Positions 25,441 through 34,656 of a stretch of 64,000 bases of DNA are shown piece after piece. The notes under the pieces are model-generated. The model was given only the letters and a program-made list of their open reading frames with translations, was not told where the DNA came from and searched no databases. Numbering within the stretch: position 1 is the first letter of the stretch; each line of letters starts with the position of its first letter. The stretch lies in contig BPIC01000007.1 of assembly GCA_026003895.1 (NCBI GenBank), positions 19,473-83,472 of the forward strand, read 5' to 3'. Both the position numbers and the translations under genes were made by a program. This DNA is from Dehalococcoidia bacterium. GTDB taxonomy: Bacteria > Chloroflexota > Dehalococcoidia > SpSt-223.

Positions 25441-26466
25441 TCAGCGGACGAAGCGGTTGGCGCGCGGCAGCAAGGTGCGGTCGAACAGCGTCTCGGGCGC
25501 CGGATCGCGGAGCAGCCCTTGGCTGCGCTGCAACTCCAATGCGAGCCGCAGCGCCGCGACGGTTGCCTCGTCCATCACGACCTCCCAGAGCAGCGACCAG
25601 CGCCGGGCGTAGTTCTGAGCATTTGCCTGTGTCATTCGCAGGTGGCGAGTCATCAGTTGGGCGACTTCGGAGGGATGCTCGCGACCCCAGCGCACGGCAA
25701 GGCTGATGGCGGCGAGGGATCGCGCCGCCTCGTCGGGGTAGCCATCGACGAAGCCGCGGCGCATGGTGACGGTGGCGACGATCGGCGGCGCATCCAACTG
25801 GGTGGCGCGCCGCCATTCGGCTGGGAGGTCGCCGACGATCCGGTATCGGTCCGCATCGGGAAGGCCGGCGACTGTCAACCCGCGCAGTACGGCAGCATCG
25901 ACCTTGCCGCTCTCGAGCAGCAAGACGAGTTGGGTTTCGGTCGCCGCGACCGTGCGCACTTCATGCGGTGCGATTCCGTAGCCGTGGGTAAGGACCGACC
26001 AGAGCAGCAGTTCGCCGCTCGAGCCGAGGCCGGGAGTCCCAACCAATTTGCCGCGCAGGTCGCCGATAGTCTGGATCGTCGAGGTGACAGGGACGATGAG
26101 CTGCTCTTCGGCAAGTTGGAGTCCCGCGACAATGACAACGTGGCTATCCTCTTCGAGCAATTTGGCGGCCGACACGGTAGGCAGCCCGACAGCGACGTCG
26201 AGCTCGTTGGTCGCAAGGGCGCGGCGCAGTCCTTCCGGTCCGCCATAGCGCTGGAAGCTCGCCGGAAGGCGCTGGCTGGCGAACAACTGGCCTTCTTCGA
26301 GGACAAAGCCGATTCCGGCGGGCAAGCCATTGGCGATGTAGCCCACCCGCACTGGCCGGCTCTCGCCCTCGAACGGAACCGGTTCGTTGGCGGAACGCTC
26401 CTGCCAACTGACGCAGGCCGGCAGGAGCGCGGCGAGCAGCAGAAGCGAGACGAAGCGGCGGAGCAC
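25441..26466 (-). CDS. Lipoprotein, NMT1/SsuA-type ABC substrate-binding protein
   Basis: GTG start overlaps the upstream TAG by 1 nt. Leader MLRRFVSLLLLAALLPAC has a lipobox-like Cys, followed by an SBP-type two-lobe sequence. Confidence 0.65.
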   Translation of the reverse strand: MLRRFVSLLLLAALLPACVSWQERSANEPVPFEGESRPVRVGYIANGLPAGIGFVLEEGQLFASQRLPASFQRYGGPEGLRRALATNELDVAVGLPTVSAAKLLEEDSHVVIVAGLQLAEEQLIVPVTSTIQTIGDLRGKLVGTPGLGSSGELLLWSVLTHGYGIAPHEVRTVAATETQLVLLLESGKVDAAVLRGLTVAGLPDADRYRIVGDLPAEWRRATQLDAPPIVATVTMRRGFVDGYPDEAARSLAAISLAVRWGREHPSEVAQLMTRHLRMTQANAQNYARRWSLLWEVVMDEATVAALRLALELQRSQGLLRDPAPETLFDRTLLPRANRFVR

Positions 26467-27269
26467 TAGCGGCCGACGAACACCGGCTTGCGGCGCTCGC
26501 GGACGGCGTTTCGGCCTTCCACAGCGTCTTCGGTCGCTTGACTAATCGCGAGATTCGACGCTTCGTAGGGAAGGTGGTCCCGCAGGGTGCTCGTTGCTGC
26601 GTGGTAAATCGAGCGGCGGGTAAGGCGCAGGGCGATCGGCGGTCCATCGGCGATCTTGCGGGCAAGTTCCATCGTTTTCGGCATCAGCTCGAGGTCGTCG
26701 ACGACGTAGTTGGCGAGCCCGATCTCCCCGGCGCGTTCGGCGGAGATCTCATCACCAGTGAGGTACCACTCGAGGGCGCGGGGCAGGCCGAGCAAGCGGG
26801 CCGCAAACCAGCTTGCGCCGACTTCCGGCGCAAGCCCGCGTTTGATGAACATTGGCAAGAAGCGTGCCGACCGCGCCACGACCCGCATGTCTTGCATCAT
26901 AGCGAGGCAGAGGCCACCGCCTGCCGCCACGCCGTTCACGGCGGCGATCGTCGGCTTGTCGATCTCGTGCCACGCGAGCGGTAGGCGTCCGCTGTAGCCG
27001 AGCGGGTCCATTTTTTGGCGGTGAAAGGGATTGTCGGCGGTTTGGCCGCGCGCCTCCGAGATATCGGCGCCGGTGCAGAAGCCGCGCCCGGTGCCGGTCA
27101 CGACGACTACCCGGACGTCGGGATCATCGCGCAACTGCTCCGGCAGGCGCAGCAGTTCGAGGCCCATCGCCGCATTGAAGGCGTTGAGCTTTTCCGGCCG
27201 GTTCAAGCGGACGACGGCGATCCCGTCGTTGACGTCGATGACAAGGTGCTGATAGTCACGGTAGTCCAT
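26466..27269 (-). CDS. Enoyl-CoA hydratase/isomerase family protein
   Basis: GIAVVRLNRPEKLNAF, GRGFCTGADI, PTIAAVNGVAAGGG. Start taken at ATG 27269 (MDYRDY), preceded by GAGGAG. Confidence 0.85.
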   Translation of the reverse strand: MDYRDYQHLVIDVNDGIAVVRLNRPEKLNAFNAAMGLELLRLPEQLRDDPDVRVVVVTGTGRGFCTGADISEARGQTADNPFHRQKMDPLGYSGRLPLAWHEIDKPTIAAVNGVAAGGGLCLAMMQDMRVVARSARFLPMFIKRGLAPEVGASWFAARLLGLPRALEWYLTGDEISAERAGEIGLANYVVDDLELMPKTMELARKIADGPPIALRLTRRSIYHAATSTLRDHLPYEASNLAISQATEDAVEGRNAVRERRKPVFVGR

Positions 27270-27428
27270 GCTCTCCTCATTCGTGCCGGCAGTATGGCCC
27301 ATCCTACGCGCTGCCTCAAGAAGGTGAGCGAGTGCGTCCGGCAGAGGAGCCGTTCTCGCTCAGCCCGGCCGCAAGCGCAACGCCTCCCGCCGCGGACTGT
27401 GGCCGCGTCCTGAAGTTGCTCAGAGCTG

Positions 27429-28856
27429 TCAGCGGTCGACCACGGTCTTGGTCGCCCTCCAAAGGGCGAGCAGCTCGTCCAGCGTGTACTGCTCCAGCAT
27501 GCGGCCTTCCTCACGGGCGCGTGCTTCCATGGCGGCGAAGCGGCGGCGAAAGCGGTCGGCGGCGGCCCGCAGCACGTCTTCGGCCTCGAAGCCTTCCCAA
27601 CGTGCAAGCTGCGCCGTCATCCAGAGGACGTCGCCGAGCTCCCAGAAGCGCTCCTCGGTCGTCTTGGCGCTGCGCAGCTCGGCGAGCTCCTCGTCGAATT
27701 GCGCCCAGACGCCTTCGATGGACTCCCAGGTGAAGCCGGCCTTGGCGGCGCGGAGTTGGAGGGCGTTCGCGAGGGCAAGCGCCGGCATACTGCGGGGGAC
27801 GCCATCGAGGCGGGAGCCGCCTTGGCGCTCGGCGGCCTTGATCTTTTCCCAATTTGCTTCGACTTGCTCGGCAGTGGAAGCGGCGACATCGCCGAAGACA
27901 TGGGGGTGGCGGCGGATCAGCTTGGTCGTGATCCAACGGTAGACGTCGCGAACCGTGAAGATGTCGCTCTCTTCGGCAATCGCAGCATTGAGGTAAACCT
28001 GCAACAAGACGTCGCCGAGCTCGTGGCCATAGGCGACGAGGTCTCCGCTGTCGAGCGCGTCCACCGCCTCAAATGTCTCCTCGATGAGATAACGGCGAAG
28101 CGATTGGTGGGTCTGCTCGCGGTCCCACGGACAATCTCGGCGGAGCCGATGGACGACCTCATCAAAGGTGCGCTCAGCGCCGGATCCGGCACCCTCGAGC
28201 AGGGCAATCGGCGGCAGATAGAGGCAGGTCAGGTGGTCGATCGAGTCGGACCGGTCGATGGCATAGAGCGGCAGCCAAGCAACGCGTTCGTCCTCGAGCC
28301 CGGCGTGGAAGATGAGCGCGACCCGATGCTCCTCGGGATAGCGCTCGAGGAGCGCGATCTTCGCGAGGCCGGCGCTGCGTCGATCGTAGATTTGGCCGAT
28401 GAGGGCGGGCCGGAACGGGTCGACATCGGGCTGGGAGGCATCCGCGATCTGGAGGCCGGCAGCGAGGGGATCGACGGCAACCGCTGCCAGAGCGGGCTCG
28501 ACGAAACTGAGGCCGGCGACGATCCGGACTGGGATGCCGGCCGCCTGTGCGCGCTCATGCAGCAGCCGCACGGTGGTCTCAGCGACGAGCGGATGACCGG
28601 GAACCGCATACACCACGTCGCCTCGCTCGGCGGTGGCGAGAAGCTGGGAGACAATCGTCTCGTAGAGGGCCTCAAACGATTCGGCACGGTCGTACTCGTC
28701 ATCGAACGACTCGACGCGGACGGAGGGCGGGATGATGGCGACGGCCGGATGGCGGCGTGTCCGGAGGTAGACCGTCTCGGCGTTGGCGAGAATCGCGGCT
28801 GCCTGCCGGGTGACGAGCTCGGGGCCGCCTGGCCCGAGCCCGACGATCGTTATCAT
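27429..28856 (-). CDS. mazG: Tetrapyrrole-methylase-domain / MazG nucleoside triphosphate pyrophosphohydrolase fusion (YabN-like)
   Basis: N-terminal MITIVGLGPGGPELVT (TP_methylase). C-terminal tandem MazG repeats (ETFEAVDALDSGD...ELGDVLLQVY; EELAELRSAKT...ELGDVLWMTAQLA). Confidence 0.85.
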   Translation of the reverse strand: MITIVGLGPGGPELVTRQAAAILANAETVYLRTRRHPAVAIIPPSVRVESFDDEYDRAESFEALYETIVSQLLATAERGDVVYAVPGHPLVAETTVRLLHERAQAAGIPVRIVAGLSFVEPALAAVAVDPLAAGLQIADASQPDVDPFRPALIGQIYDRRSAGLAKIALLERYPEEHRVALIFHAGLEDERVAWLPLYAIDRSDSIDHLTCLYLPPIALLEGAGSGAERTFDEVVHRLRRDCPWDREQTHQSLRRYLIEETFEAVDALDSGDLVAYGHELGDVLLQVYLNAAIAEESDIFTVRDVYRWITTKLIRRHPHVFGDVAASTAEQVEANWEKIKAAERQGGSRLDGVPRSMPALALANALQLRAAKAGFTWESIEGVWAQFDEELAELRSAKTTEERFWELGDVLWMTAQLARWEGFEAEDVLRAAADRFRRRFAAMEARAREEGRMLEQYTLDELLALWRATKTVVDR

Positions 28857-29007
28857 GCTGGGCGATTATCGAGCCGGCCGGTGACGGCGCGCAAGGTGAA
28901 GGCGGCACGCGCCCCCGCGGCGGGCGTACAATTCCTTCAGTCTACCAACGGAACGGCACACTCTGAACACGTCGTCTCCTGCCACGCCGGGCCAAATTGC
29001 GGGTCTC

Positions 29008-29583
29008 GTGCTCGCCGCCGGTGAATCGCGCCGCATGGGGCGCCCAAAGGCGTTGCTGCCCATCGGTACGGAGCTATTCGTGCAGCGCATCCGGCGCGTG
29101 CTGCTTGACGCCGCGCTCAACCCGGTGCTTGTCGTCCTCGGCCACGCCGCCGACGAGATTGTTCAAGCGGCTGGCATACCTCCGGACGCGATTGTGCTCA
29201 ACCCCGCCTATCAATCGGGGATGCTTTCGTCGATCGTGGCCGGCATTCGTGCTCTCGAACCGACGGCTGCCGAAGCGCTCGTCCTCGCGCTGGTGGATGG
29301 GCCGGACATCTCAACACTGGTGGTTCGCCGACTGATGGAGCGGTTTTGGGCCACGCGGGCGCCGGTCGTCGAGCCTATTCACGAGGGCAAGCACGGCCAT
29401 CCGATCTTGATCGCGCGCTCGCTCTGGCCGGAGATTGTGTCGGCTGATCCCGAAGTCGGGGCGAAGGAAGTGATCCGCCGCCACCGTGACGAGGCTGCTC
29501 AGGTGGAGTGGGACGACCCGAGCGTGCTCACCGATCTGGACACGCCGGCCGATTTTGATGCTTGGGCGGCGAGCCGGCGATGA
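29008..29583 (+). CDS. MobA/MocA-like molybdenum cofactor nucleotidyltransferase
   Basis: (GL)VLAAGESRRMGRPKALLP motif, LVLALVDGP. The GTG 29008 start comes from the track. The true start may lie a few codons upstream, since IAGL precedes in frame. The stop overlaps the next gene's start (ATGA). Confidence 0.75.
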   Translation: MLAAGESRRMGRPKALLPIGTELFVQRIRRVLLDAALNPVLVVLGHAADEIVQAAGIPPDAIVLNPAYQSGMLSSIVAGIRALEPTAAEALVLALVDGPDISTLVVRRLMERFWATRAPVVEPIHEGKHGHPILIARSLWPEIVSADPEVGAKEVIRRHRDEAAQVEWDDPSVLTDLDTPADFDAWAASRR

Positions 29584-30392
29584 GCGCGATTACCCGGCGC
29601 ATCTTGCAGGCGATTGATACTGGCGAGACCATCGCCATTGTGAGCTTGCTCGAATCGGAAGCGGTCCCCGCCGAACGGCTCGGATCACGCCTCGTCGTTC
29701 CGGAAGAGGGTGAGCCGGTCGGCGGCTACGGAGACCCCGCGCTGGACGAAGCGGCCATCACGAGCGCCCGCGAGGTAATTGCCGCCGGGAAGGGCGGGCA
29801 GCAGCGGATCGTCGATAGCCTAGAACGAGCATCCCGCTTGTTCATCGAGTTGATCGAGTCCCCGCCGTGGCTGATCGTGGTCGGCGCCGGGCATGTTGCC
29901 AAGCCGACGGCGGCGCTCGGCAAAATGGTCGGCTTTCGGGTTACGGTCCTCGATGATCGGCCAGACTTCGCCAATTGGGAGCGGTTTCCCGACGCTGACG
30001 AAGTGATCGCAGAGGACTTCCGGCTGACGCTGGAGCGGCTTGTCCCGCAGATGCATCGGCAAACGTACGTGGTTTTGGTGACGCGTGGCCACCGGCAGGA
30101 CGAAATGGTGCTGCGGCAAGTGATTGGCTCCCGCGCCGGCTACATTGGCATGATCGGCAGCCGACGGCGTGCGCGGCTCGTGCTGGAAGAGTTGCTTGCC
30201 GATGGCTTCCCCGAGGAACAGGTGCGCCGGGTGCATTCGCCGATTGGATTGGACATCCGGGCGGAGACTCCGGAAGAGATTGCCGTGAGTATCATTGGAG
30301 AGATCATTTCGGTGCGGCGTGGCGGAACTGCGCGGACGCTGAGCGGCCGGCCGGTGCTGCGGCAGCCGATGAGGAGCCCCGATGGACCGTGA
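29580..30392 (+). CDS. XdhC/CoxI-family Moco insertion accessory protein (Rossmann C-domain; cysteine-free)
   Basis: PWLIVVGAGHVAKPTAALGKMVGFRVTVLDDRP, YVVLVTRGHRQDE, GYIGMIGSRRR, SPIGLDIRAETPEEIAVSI. No Cys occurs anywhere in the 270 aa. Confidence 0.8.
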   Translation: MSAITRRILQAIDTGETIAIVSLLESEAVPAERLGSRLVVPEEGEPVGGYGDPALDEAAITSAREVIAAGKGGQQRIVDSLERASRLFIELIESPPWLIVVGAGHVAKPTAALGKMVGFRVTVLDDRPDFANWERFPDADEVIAEDFRLTLERLVPQMHRQTYVVLVTRGHRQDEMVLRQVIGSRAGYIGMIGSRRRARLVLEELLADGFPEEQVRRVHSPIGLDIRAETPEEIAVSIIGEIISVRRGGTARTLSGRPVLRQPMRSPDGP

Positions 30393-30708
30393 GATCTACG
30401 CGGCGATTGAGGAGGCGCACGCGAGGGGCGACGTGGTGGTGCTGGCGACGATCGTCGGCACCAAGGGGTCGACCCCTCGCAAGGCCGGTTCGAAGATGCT
30501 GATTTACCCCGACGGCAAGATTCGCGGCACGATCGGCGGCGGATGCGGTGAAAACGACGTCTGGCTTGCCGCCCAAGAAGTCGCCGCCAGTGGCAGGCCA
30601 CGAATCGTCCGTGTCGACCTGACCGACGACTACGCCGTTGAGGCCGGCATGGTGTGCGGCGGCGTGATGGACGTGCTGGTGGAGCCGCTCCCGCCTGATG
30701 CCAACTAG
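30382..30708 (+). CDS. Stand-alone XdhC_CoxI N-terminal-domain protein
   Basis: VVLATIVGTKGSTPRKAGSKMLIYPDGKIRGTIGGGCGENDV is the conserved XdhC N-domain block including GGC. It has 11-nt overlaps with both neighbours. Confidence 0.75.
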   Translation: MDREIYAAIEEAHARGDVVVLATIVGTKGSTPRKAGSKMLIYPDGKIRGTIGGGCGENDVWLAAQEVAASGRPRIVRVDLTDDYAVEAGMVCGGVMDVLVEPLPPDAN

Positions 30709-31225
30709 GCCGGTCGAGGTCCAATTTCGACGGTACGACGGTGTGGTCAAGCGCCAGGTTACCGCGTCGCTGCTCGGCGAACGCGAGGGGGAAGTGCGCC
30801 TCGCCGTGCCGTTCAACAGCGTCTTTCAGACGCTGCGCGGCCCGTGGACGCCGGCGACGGCGGCCATCTACCGCTTTTGGCGCGGTGGCTGGCACAATGT
30901 CTGTACGGTCGTGTCGCCGGAAACGCGTCGGCCGGCCTTCCTTTATTGTGACATTCACGCACCCATGGAGTTTGATGGTGGGCGCCTGACTGTCCTCGAT
31001 CTCGATCTGGATATCCTCGTGCACCCTACCTTGTCGTACCGGGTTCTGGACGAAGAGGAGTTCGCTGCCAACTGCGCGGCCTTTCACTACCCGTCGGATC
31101 TCGTGGCGGGGGCGCAGTCTGCGCTCGCCTCGCTCGAAGCCCAGCTGCAGGGGCACTGCGGCCTCTTCTCGGATGGTCGGCTGTTCACGCTGTCGGCAGA
31201 CGAACGGGCGGCACTCGGGGTGTAG
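30698..31225 (+). CDS. DUF402 (Ntdp/FomD-like nucleotide phosphohydrolase fold) protein
   Basis: 175 aa: ...FLYCDIHAPMEFDGGRLTVLDLDLDILVHPTLSYRVLDEEEF... matches the Y.D...P......i...DL.LD..v.p.g...lDedE core of DUF402. Confidence 0.7.
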   Translation: MPTRPVEVQFRRYDGVVKRQVTASLLGEREGEVRLAVPFNSVFQTLRGPWTPATAAIYRFWRGGWHNVCTVVSPETRRPAFLYCDIHAPMEFDGGRLTVLDLDLDILVHPTLSYRVLDEEEFAANCAAFHYPSDLVAGAQSALASLEAQLQGHCGLFSDGRLFTLSADERAALGV

Positions 31226-31432
31226 AGGTCCCTATTCGGGGTGATCCGGATCGCTGACCGTCTGAGCGGAGTACCCTCGCGAGGGAGCGAAGCTCGTGGT
31301 CGTCCTCGAGATGCTTGAACCGATGGAATCGCCGGAGAATTGCTTCGACGGCGCTGAAACTTTCTGGAAGATGATCTCGTATCATGCATGGCCGTGAAAG
31401 GCGGTCCGTCGTTACCTGGGGAGGACAGGACG

Positions 31433-32911
31433 ATGACGAGCGGTCGGACAGTGGCGCGTCGCCGGCGGATCCTCGGGCTGGGGGTTGGCCAGGTGGTGGT
31501 GCTGCTCGTGGCACTGGTGGCCGCCGCCGCTGGAGGCTATTTCGGGTATCAGCGTTTCTTTGCGCCGGAGACGGCTGCTCAAACTCGGCTGCAAACGCAG
31601 CCAATTCGGCGTGGCAACCTCGCCGCTACTGTGAGTTCGACGGGGACGGTCCAAGCTGTCAACACGGCGCGGCTGGCCTTCCGCGGCGGCGGCACGCTCG
31701 CCGAGGTGCTGGTCAAAGTTGGGGACTCGGTGACTGCGGGCCAACCGCTCGCCCGCTTGGACACCAAAGAACTCGAGATCGCCCTACGTCAGCAGCAGGC
31801 GAACCTAAGTTCCGCCCAGGCGCGCCTCGCTCAGACTCTCGCTGGCGCAACGGAGAGCGATATCCAGGCCGCCGTGGCGAGCGTCGCGAGTGCTCAGACG
31901 CAACTCGCCCGTGCCCAATCGGACTATGAGAAGCTCGTCGCCGGGCCGAGCCAAGCCGAGATTCAGCAAGCGGCTGCGGCGCTCGAGAAGGCGCGTAACG
32001 CGCTTCAAGCTGCCCAGACCGACTATGACCGGATCGCGTGGCGGGGCGATGCTGGTTCGAGCAGCCAAGCTGTCGCGCTGGCGAACGCCACCGCGGACTA
32101 CCAGACGGCGCTGGCGAATTACAATGCCAAAATTGCACCGCCGAATCCCGGCGATCTCGAAGCGGCGCGCCAAGCGGTCGCGAGCGCTCAGCAAGGCGTT
32201 GAGTCCGCGAACGCGCGATTGGCGCAGTTGCGCGCGGGACCGCTGCCGAGTGATGTGGCTGTGGCGCGCGCGGCAGTGGAGACGGCGGCGGCCCAGCTGG
32301 CGAGCGCGCAGCTTAACCTCGAACGGGCGACGCTCACTGCCCCCTTCGATGGCGTGGTCCAGGCGGTCACGGCGGCGCCGGGCGAAGTCGTCTCGGGGGT
32401 GTTCATCACGCTCGTTGACCCCAACACCTTGCGGCTCGACGTCAACGTCGACGAGAACGACGTCGCGCGGATCGAACTGAACCAGCCGGCGACGATCTCG
32501 CTCGACGCGCTGCCAGGCCGAACCTTCCGCGGCCGAGTAATTGCGATTGCGCCGACCGCGACGATCGCCCAAGGCGTCGCGTCGTATCTCGTTTCGGTCC
32601 AGATCGATCAGCCGCAGGGAGTGAAACCTGGGATGACGGCGAGTGTCCAAATCACGGTTGAACAGCGGACGAACGTGCTGCTGGCTCCAGCGCGCGCCGT
32701 GCGGACGCAGGGACGGGAACGGGTGGTCGACGTCCTCACGCCAAGTGGAAGAGTGGAGACCCGGGTGGTGACGGTCGGGTTGAGCAACGACCAGCAGGTC
32801 GAGATCACACGTGGCGTTGAGGAAGGCGAACAGGTGGTACTGGCGACGACCGGAACCCGACCTGCCACGACAAATGTCCCGGGGCTTCCCGGCATGGTCG
32901 TTCGACCCTAA
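31433..32911 (+). CDS. Efflux membrane-fusion (HlyD/periplasmic adaptor) protein
   Basis: Start at ATG 31433 (MTSGR) after GGGGAGGA. One TM, then the GTVQAVNTARLAFRGGGTLAEVLVKVGDSVTAGQPLARLD lipoyl motif, a long coiled coil, and beta-barrel/MPD regions. Confidence 0.8.
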   Translation: MTSGRTVARRRRILGLGVGQVVVLLVALVAAAAGGYFGYQRFFAPETAAQTRLQTQPIRRGNLAATVSSTGTVQAVNTARLAFRGGGTLAEVLVKVGDSVTAGQPLARLDTKELEIALRQQQANLSSAQARLAQTLAGATESDIQAAVASVASAQTQLARAQSDYEKLVAGPSQAEIQQAAAALEKARNALQAAQTDYDRIAWRGDAGSSSQAVALANATADYQTALANYNAKIAPPNPGDLEAARQAVASAQQGVESANARLAQLRAGPLPSDVAVARAAVETAAAQLASAQLNLERATLTAPFDGVVQAVTAAPGEVVSGVFITLVDPNTLRLDVNVDENDVARIELNQPATISLDALPGRTFRGRVIAIAPTATIAQGVASYLVSVQIDQPQGVKPGMTASVQITVEQRTNVLLAPARAVRTQGRERVVDVLTPSGRVETRVVTVGLSNDQQVEITRGVEEGEQVVLATTGTRPATTNVPGLPGMVVRP

Positions 32912-32947
32912 ACTGCTGCGATTAACCCCACTCCGAAAGGACGGTCT

Positions 32948-34609
32948 ATGATCCGGCCCCTCCGTTTTCTCTCGGCCTGCCTGGTCGCCGCACTCTTCGC
33001 CTCGGCGGCACCCACTGGCGGGACGAACGCGCAGGCCGGTCCGCCGCCCAGTCCGTTCTTTGTCAAGCATTCGACGCCGGTGCTCGCCGAGCCGGGCTAC
33101 CCGATTGACCTCTTCACTGATGAGTTCGCGACGCCGGCGCTCGATTCCGGTTGGTATTTCATCCGCCAGGACCCGGGTTACTGGCGGACCGGTCCACCGT
33201 CGGACACGTTCGAGATCATCACGCAGCACGGCGATATCTACGGTGACGGTGCTACCGCGCGGAACATTACCTTGCGAGGTGCGCCGGAAGACTGGGAAAT
33301 TCGCACGAAGCTGCACTTCGAGCCGGTGCTGCCAACGCAGCAGGCGGGACTGATCTTCTACGAAAACGACCAAAGCTACGTGAAACTGGTGCGGATCGCG
33401 CTGCCGGCCCAATTCCCCGGCCAGAGCACTCAGCGGATCCAAATGCTGTATCAGCTGAACGACGAGACGAAAGCAGTCGGCGAGCTGAATGTGCCGAACA
33501 CAACGGTCTACTTGCGAATGCGGCGAGTGGGTGGCCGTGTCGATGGCTGGTGGTCGTCCGATGGCGTGAACTGGCACGCGGTGGCCACGATGCTTGAGGT
33601 GTTTGTCCGAGGCAGTGTCGGGATGTTCGCGGTGAACGGCAACGACAACCTCGGCGCCGGCCCGACCGCGACCTACGAGTGGTTTCGGGTGTTCAACGTC
33701 GTTAGCCTCGGCTACGACTCGCTCGGTGTGGCTACGCCAAGTGTGATCAAGGACGGCGCAACTTACAAGATGTGGTTCACCGGACAAGGAGACAATCCCC
33801 CAGCGACCGCCCAAGCAATTGGCTACGCGGAATCGCAGGATGGGATTACCTGGACCCGCCCATTCACGACGCCGGTTTTCACCGGTCAAGGGCCGCCGAG
33901 CAACGACCGCTTCGTCGCAGAGCCGACGGTGCTGAAAGAGGGGCCGCTCTACCGAATGTGGTACGCGGGCTACCGCGAGGTGCAGGGACGGCAGCTCGGG
34001 GATATCTACTACGCCACCTCGACCGATGGGGTTACGTGGCGTCGAGAGAATCGCACGCGCGAGGGGGTGGTGTTGCCGGTGCTTGGCGTCGGGACACCGG
34101 GAACGTGGGACGATCTCGATGTCCGTCCCGGCCGGGTCATTCGCGACGGTGCCCTGCTCGTGATGTATTACACCGGGCGTTCCCAACGCGGCGGCGTGGG
34201 GATCGGCCGCGCGACGTCCACGGACGGGCTGATCTGGACGAAGAGCCCGGGTCCGCTGATTGCCAACGCGAGCAACCCGCGAAGCGTTACCCGCGCCGGT
34301 GAAACGCTGACGCTGCTCTTTCAGCAGGATGGACGAATCTTGGCGGCGACCTCCGCGGACGGGCTACGGTGGTCACCCGGGACACCGGTGATCGCAGGTG
34401 GCCCAGCGACGGCGTGGGATGCCGCCACGGTCGTCGATGCGTGGGGAATTGTTGACAACGGTGTGCTCAAGGTGTGGTATTCGGGTGGTCCAATCCGCCG
34501 GATCGGGTTCGCACAGGCGACCGGTGGCGCATTGGTTCAAACGTTTCTCGCGCTGACGACGGTGAACGGCGCTGCCACAGCACGCGTGTCTTCCGTCGGG
34601 AATCCGTAA
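32948..34609 (+). CDS. Secreted two-domain protein: ConA/LamG-like jelly roll plus GH-like beta-propeller with Asp-box-like SxDGxxW motifs
   Basis: Signal MIRPLRFLSACLVAALFASAAP. N-domain FTDEF...LDSGWYFIRQDP...QQAGLIFYENDQSYVKL...VGMFAVNG. C-domain with four repeats: ESQDGITW, TSTDGVTW, TSTDGLIW, TSADGLRW. Confidence 0.7.
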   Translation: MIRPLRFLSACLVAALFASAAPTGGTNAQAGPPPSPFFVKHSTPVLAEPGYPIDLFTDEFATPALDSGWYFIRQDPGYWRTGPPSDTFEIITQHGDIYGDGATARNITLRGAPEDWEIRTKLHFEPVLPTQQAGLIFYENDQSYVKLVRIALPAQFPGQSTQRIQMLYQLNDETKAVGELNVPNTTVYLRMRRVGGRVDGWWSSDGVNWHAVATMLEVFVRGSVGMFAVNGNDNLGAGPTATYEWFRVFNVVSLGYDSLGVATPSVIKDGATYKMWFTGQGDNPPATAQAIGYAESQDGITWTRPFTTPVFTGQGPPSNDRFVAEPTVLKEGPLYRMWYAGYREVQGRQLGDIYYATSTDGVTWRRENRTREGVVLPVLGVGTPGTWDDLDVRPGRVIRDGALLVMYYTGRSQRGGVGIGRATSTDGLIWTKSPGPLIANASNPRSVTRAGETLTLLFQQDGRILAATSADGLRWSPGTPVIAGGPATAWDAATVVDAWGIVDNGVLKVWYSGGPIRRIGFAQATGGALVQTFLALTTVNGAATARVSSVGNP

Positions 34610-34656
34610 CCGAACGCTCGCTCGGGCGCCGGAGGGGCGGCCAAAGGAGCTGATAG

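Noticed and set aside
31185-31386. 66-aa minus-strand ORF (MIRDHLPESFSAVEAILRRFHRFKHLEDDHEL...) upstream of the efflux operon, considered as a small regulator
   Set aside because: It has A/T-rich third positions unlike local genes, overlaps the DUF402 3' end, and shows no HTH or other motif. The AT-rich stretch is more likely promoter DNA for the MFP gene.
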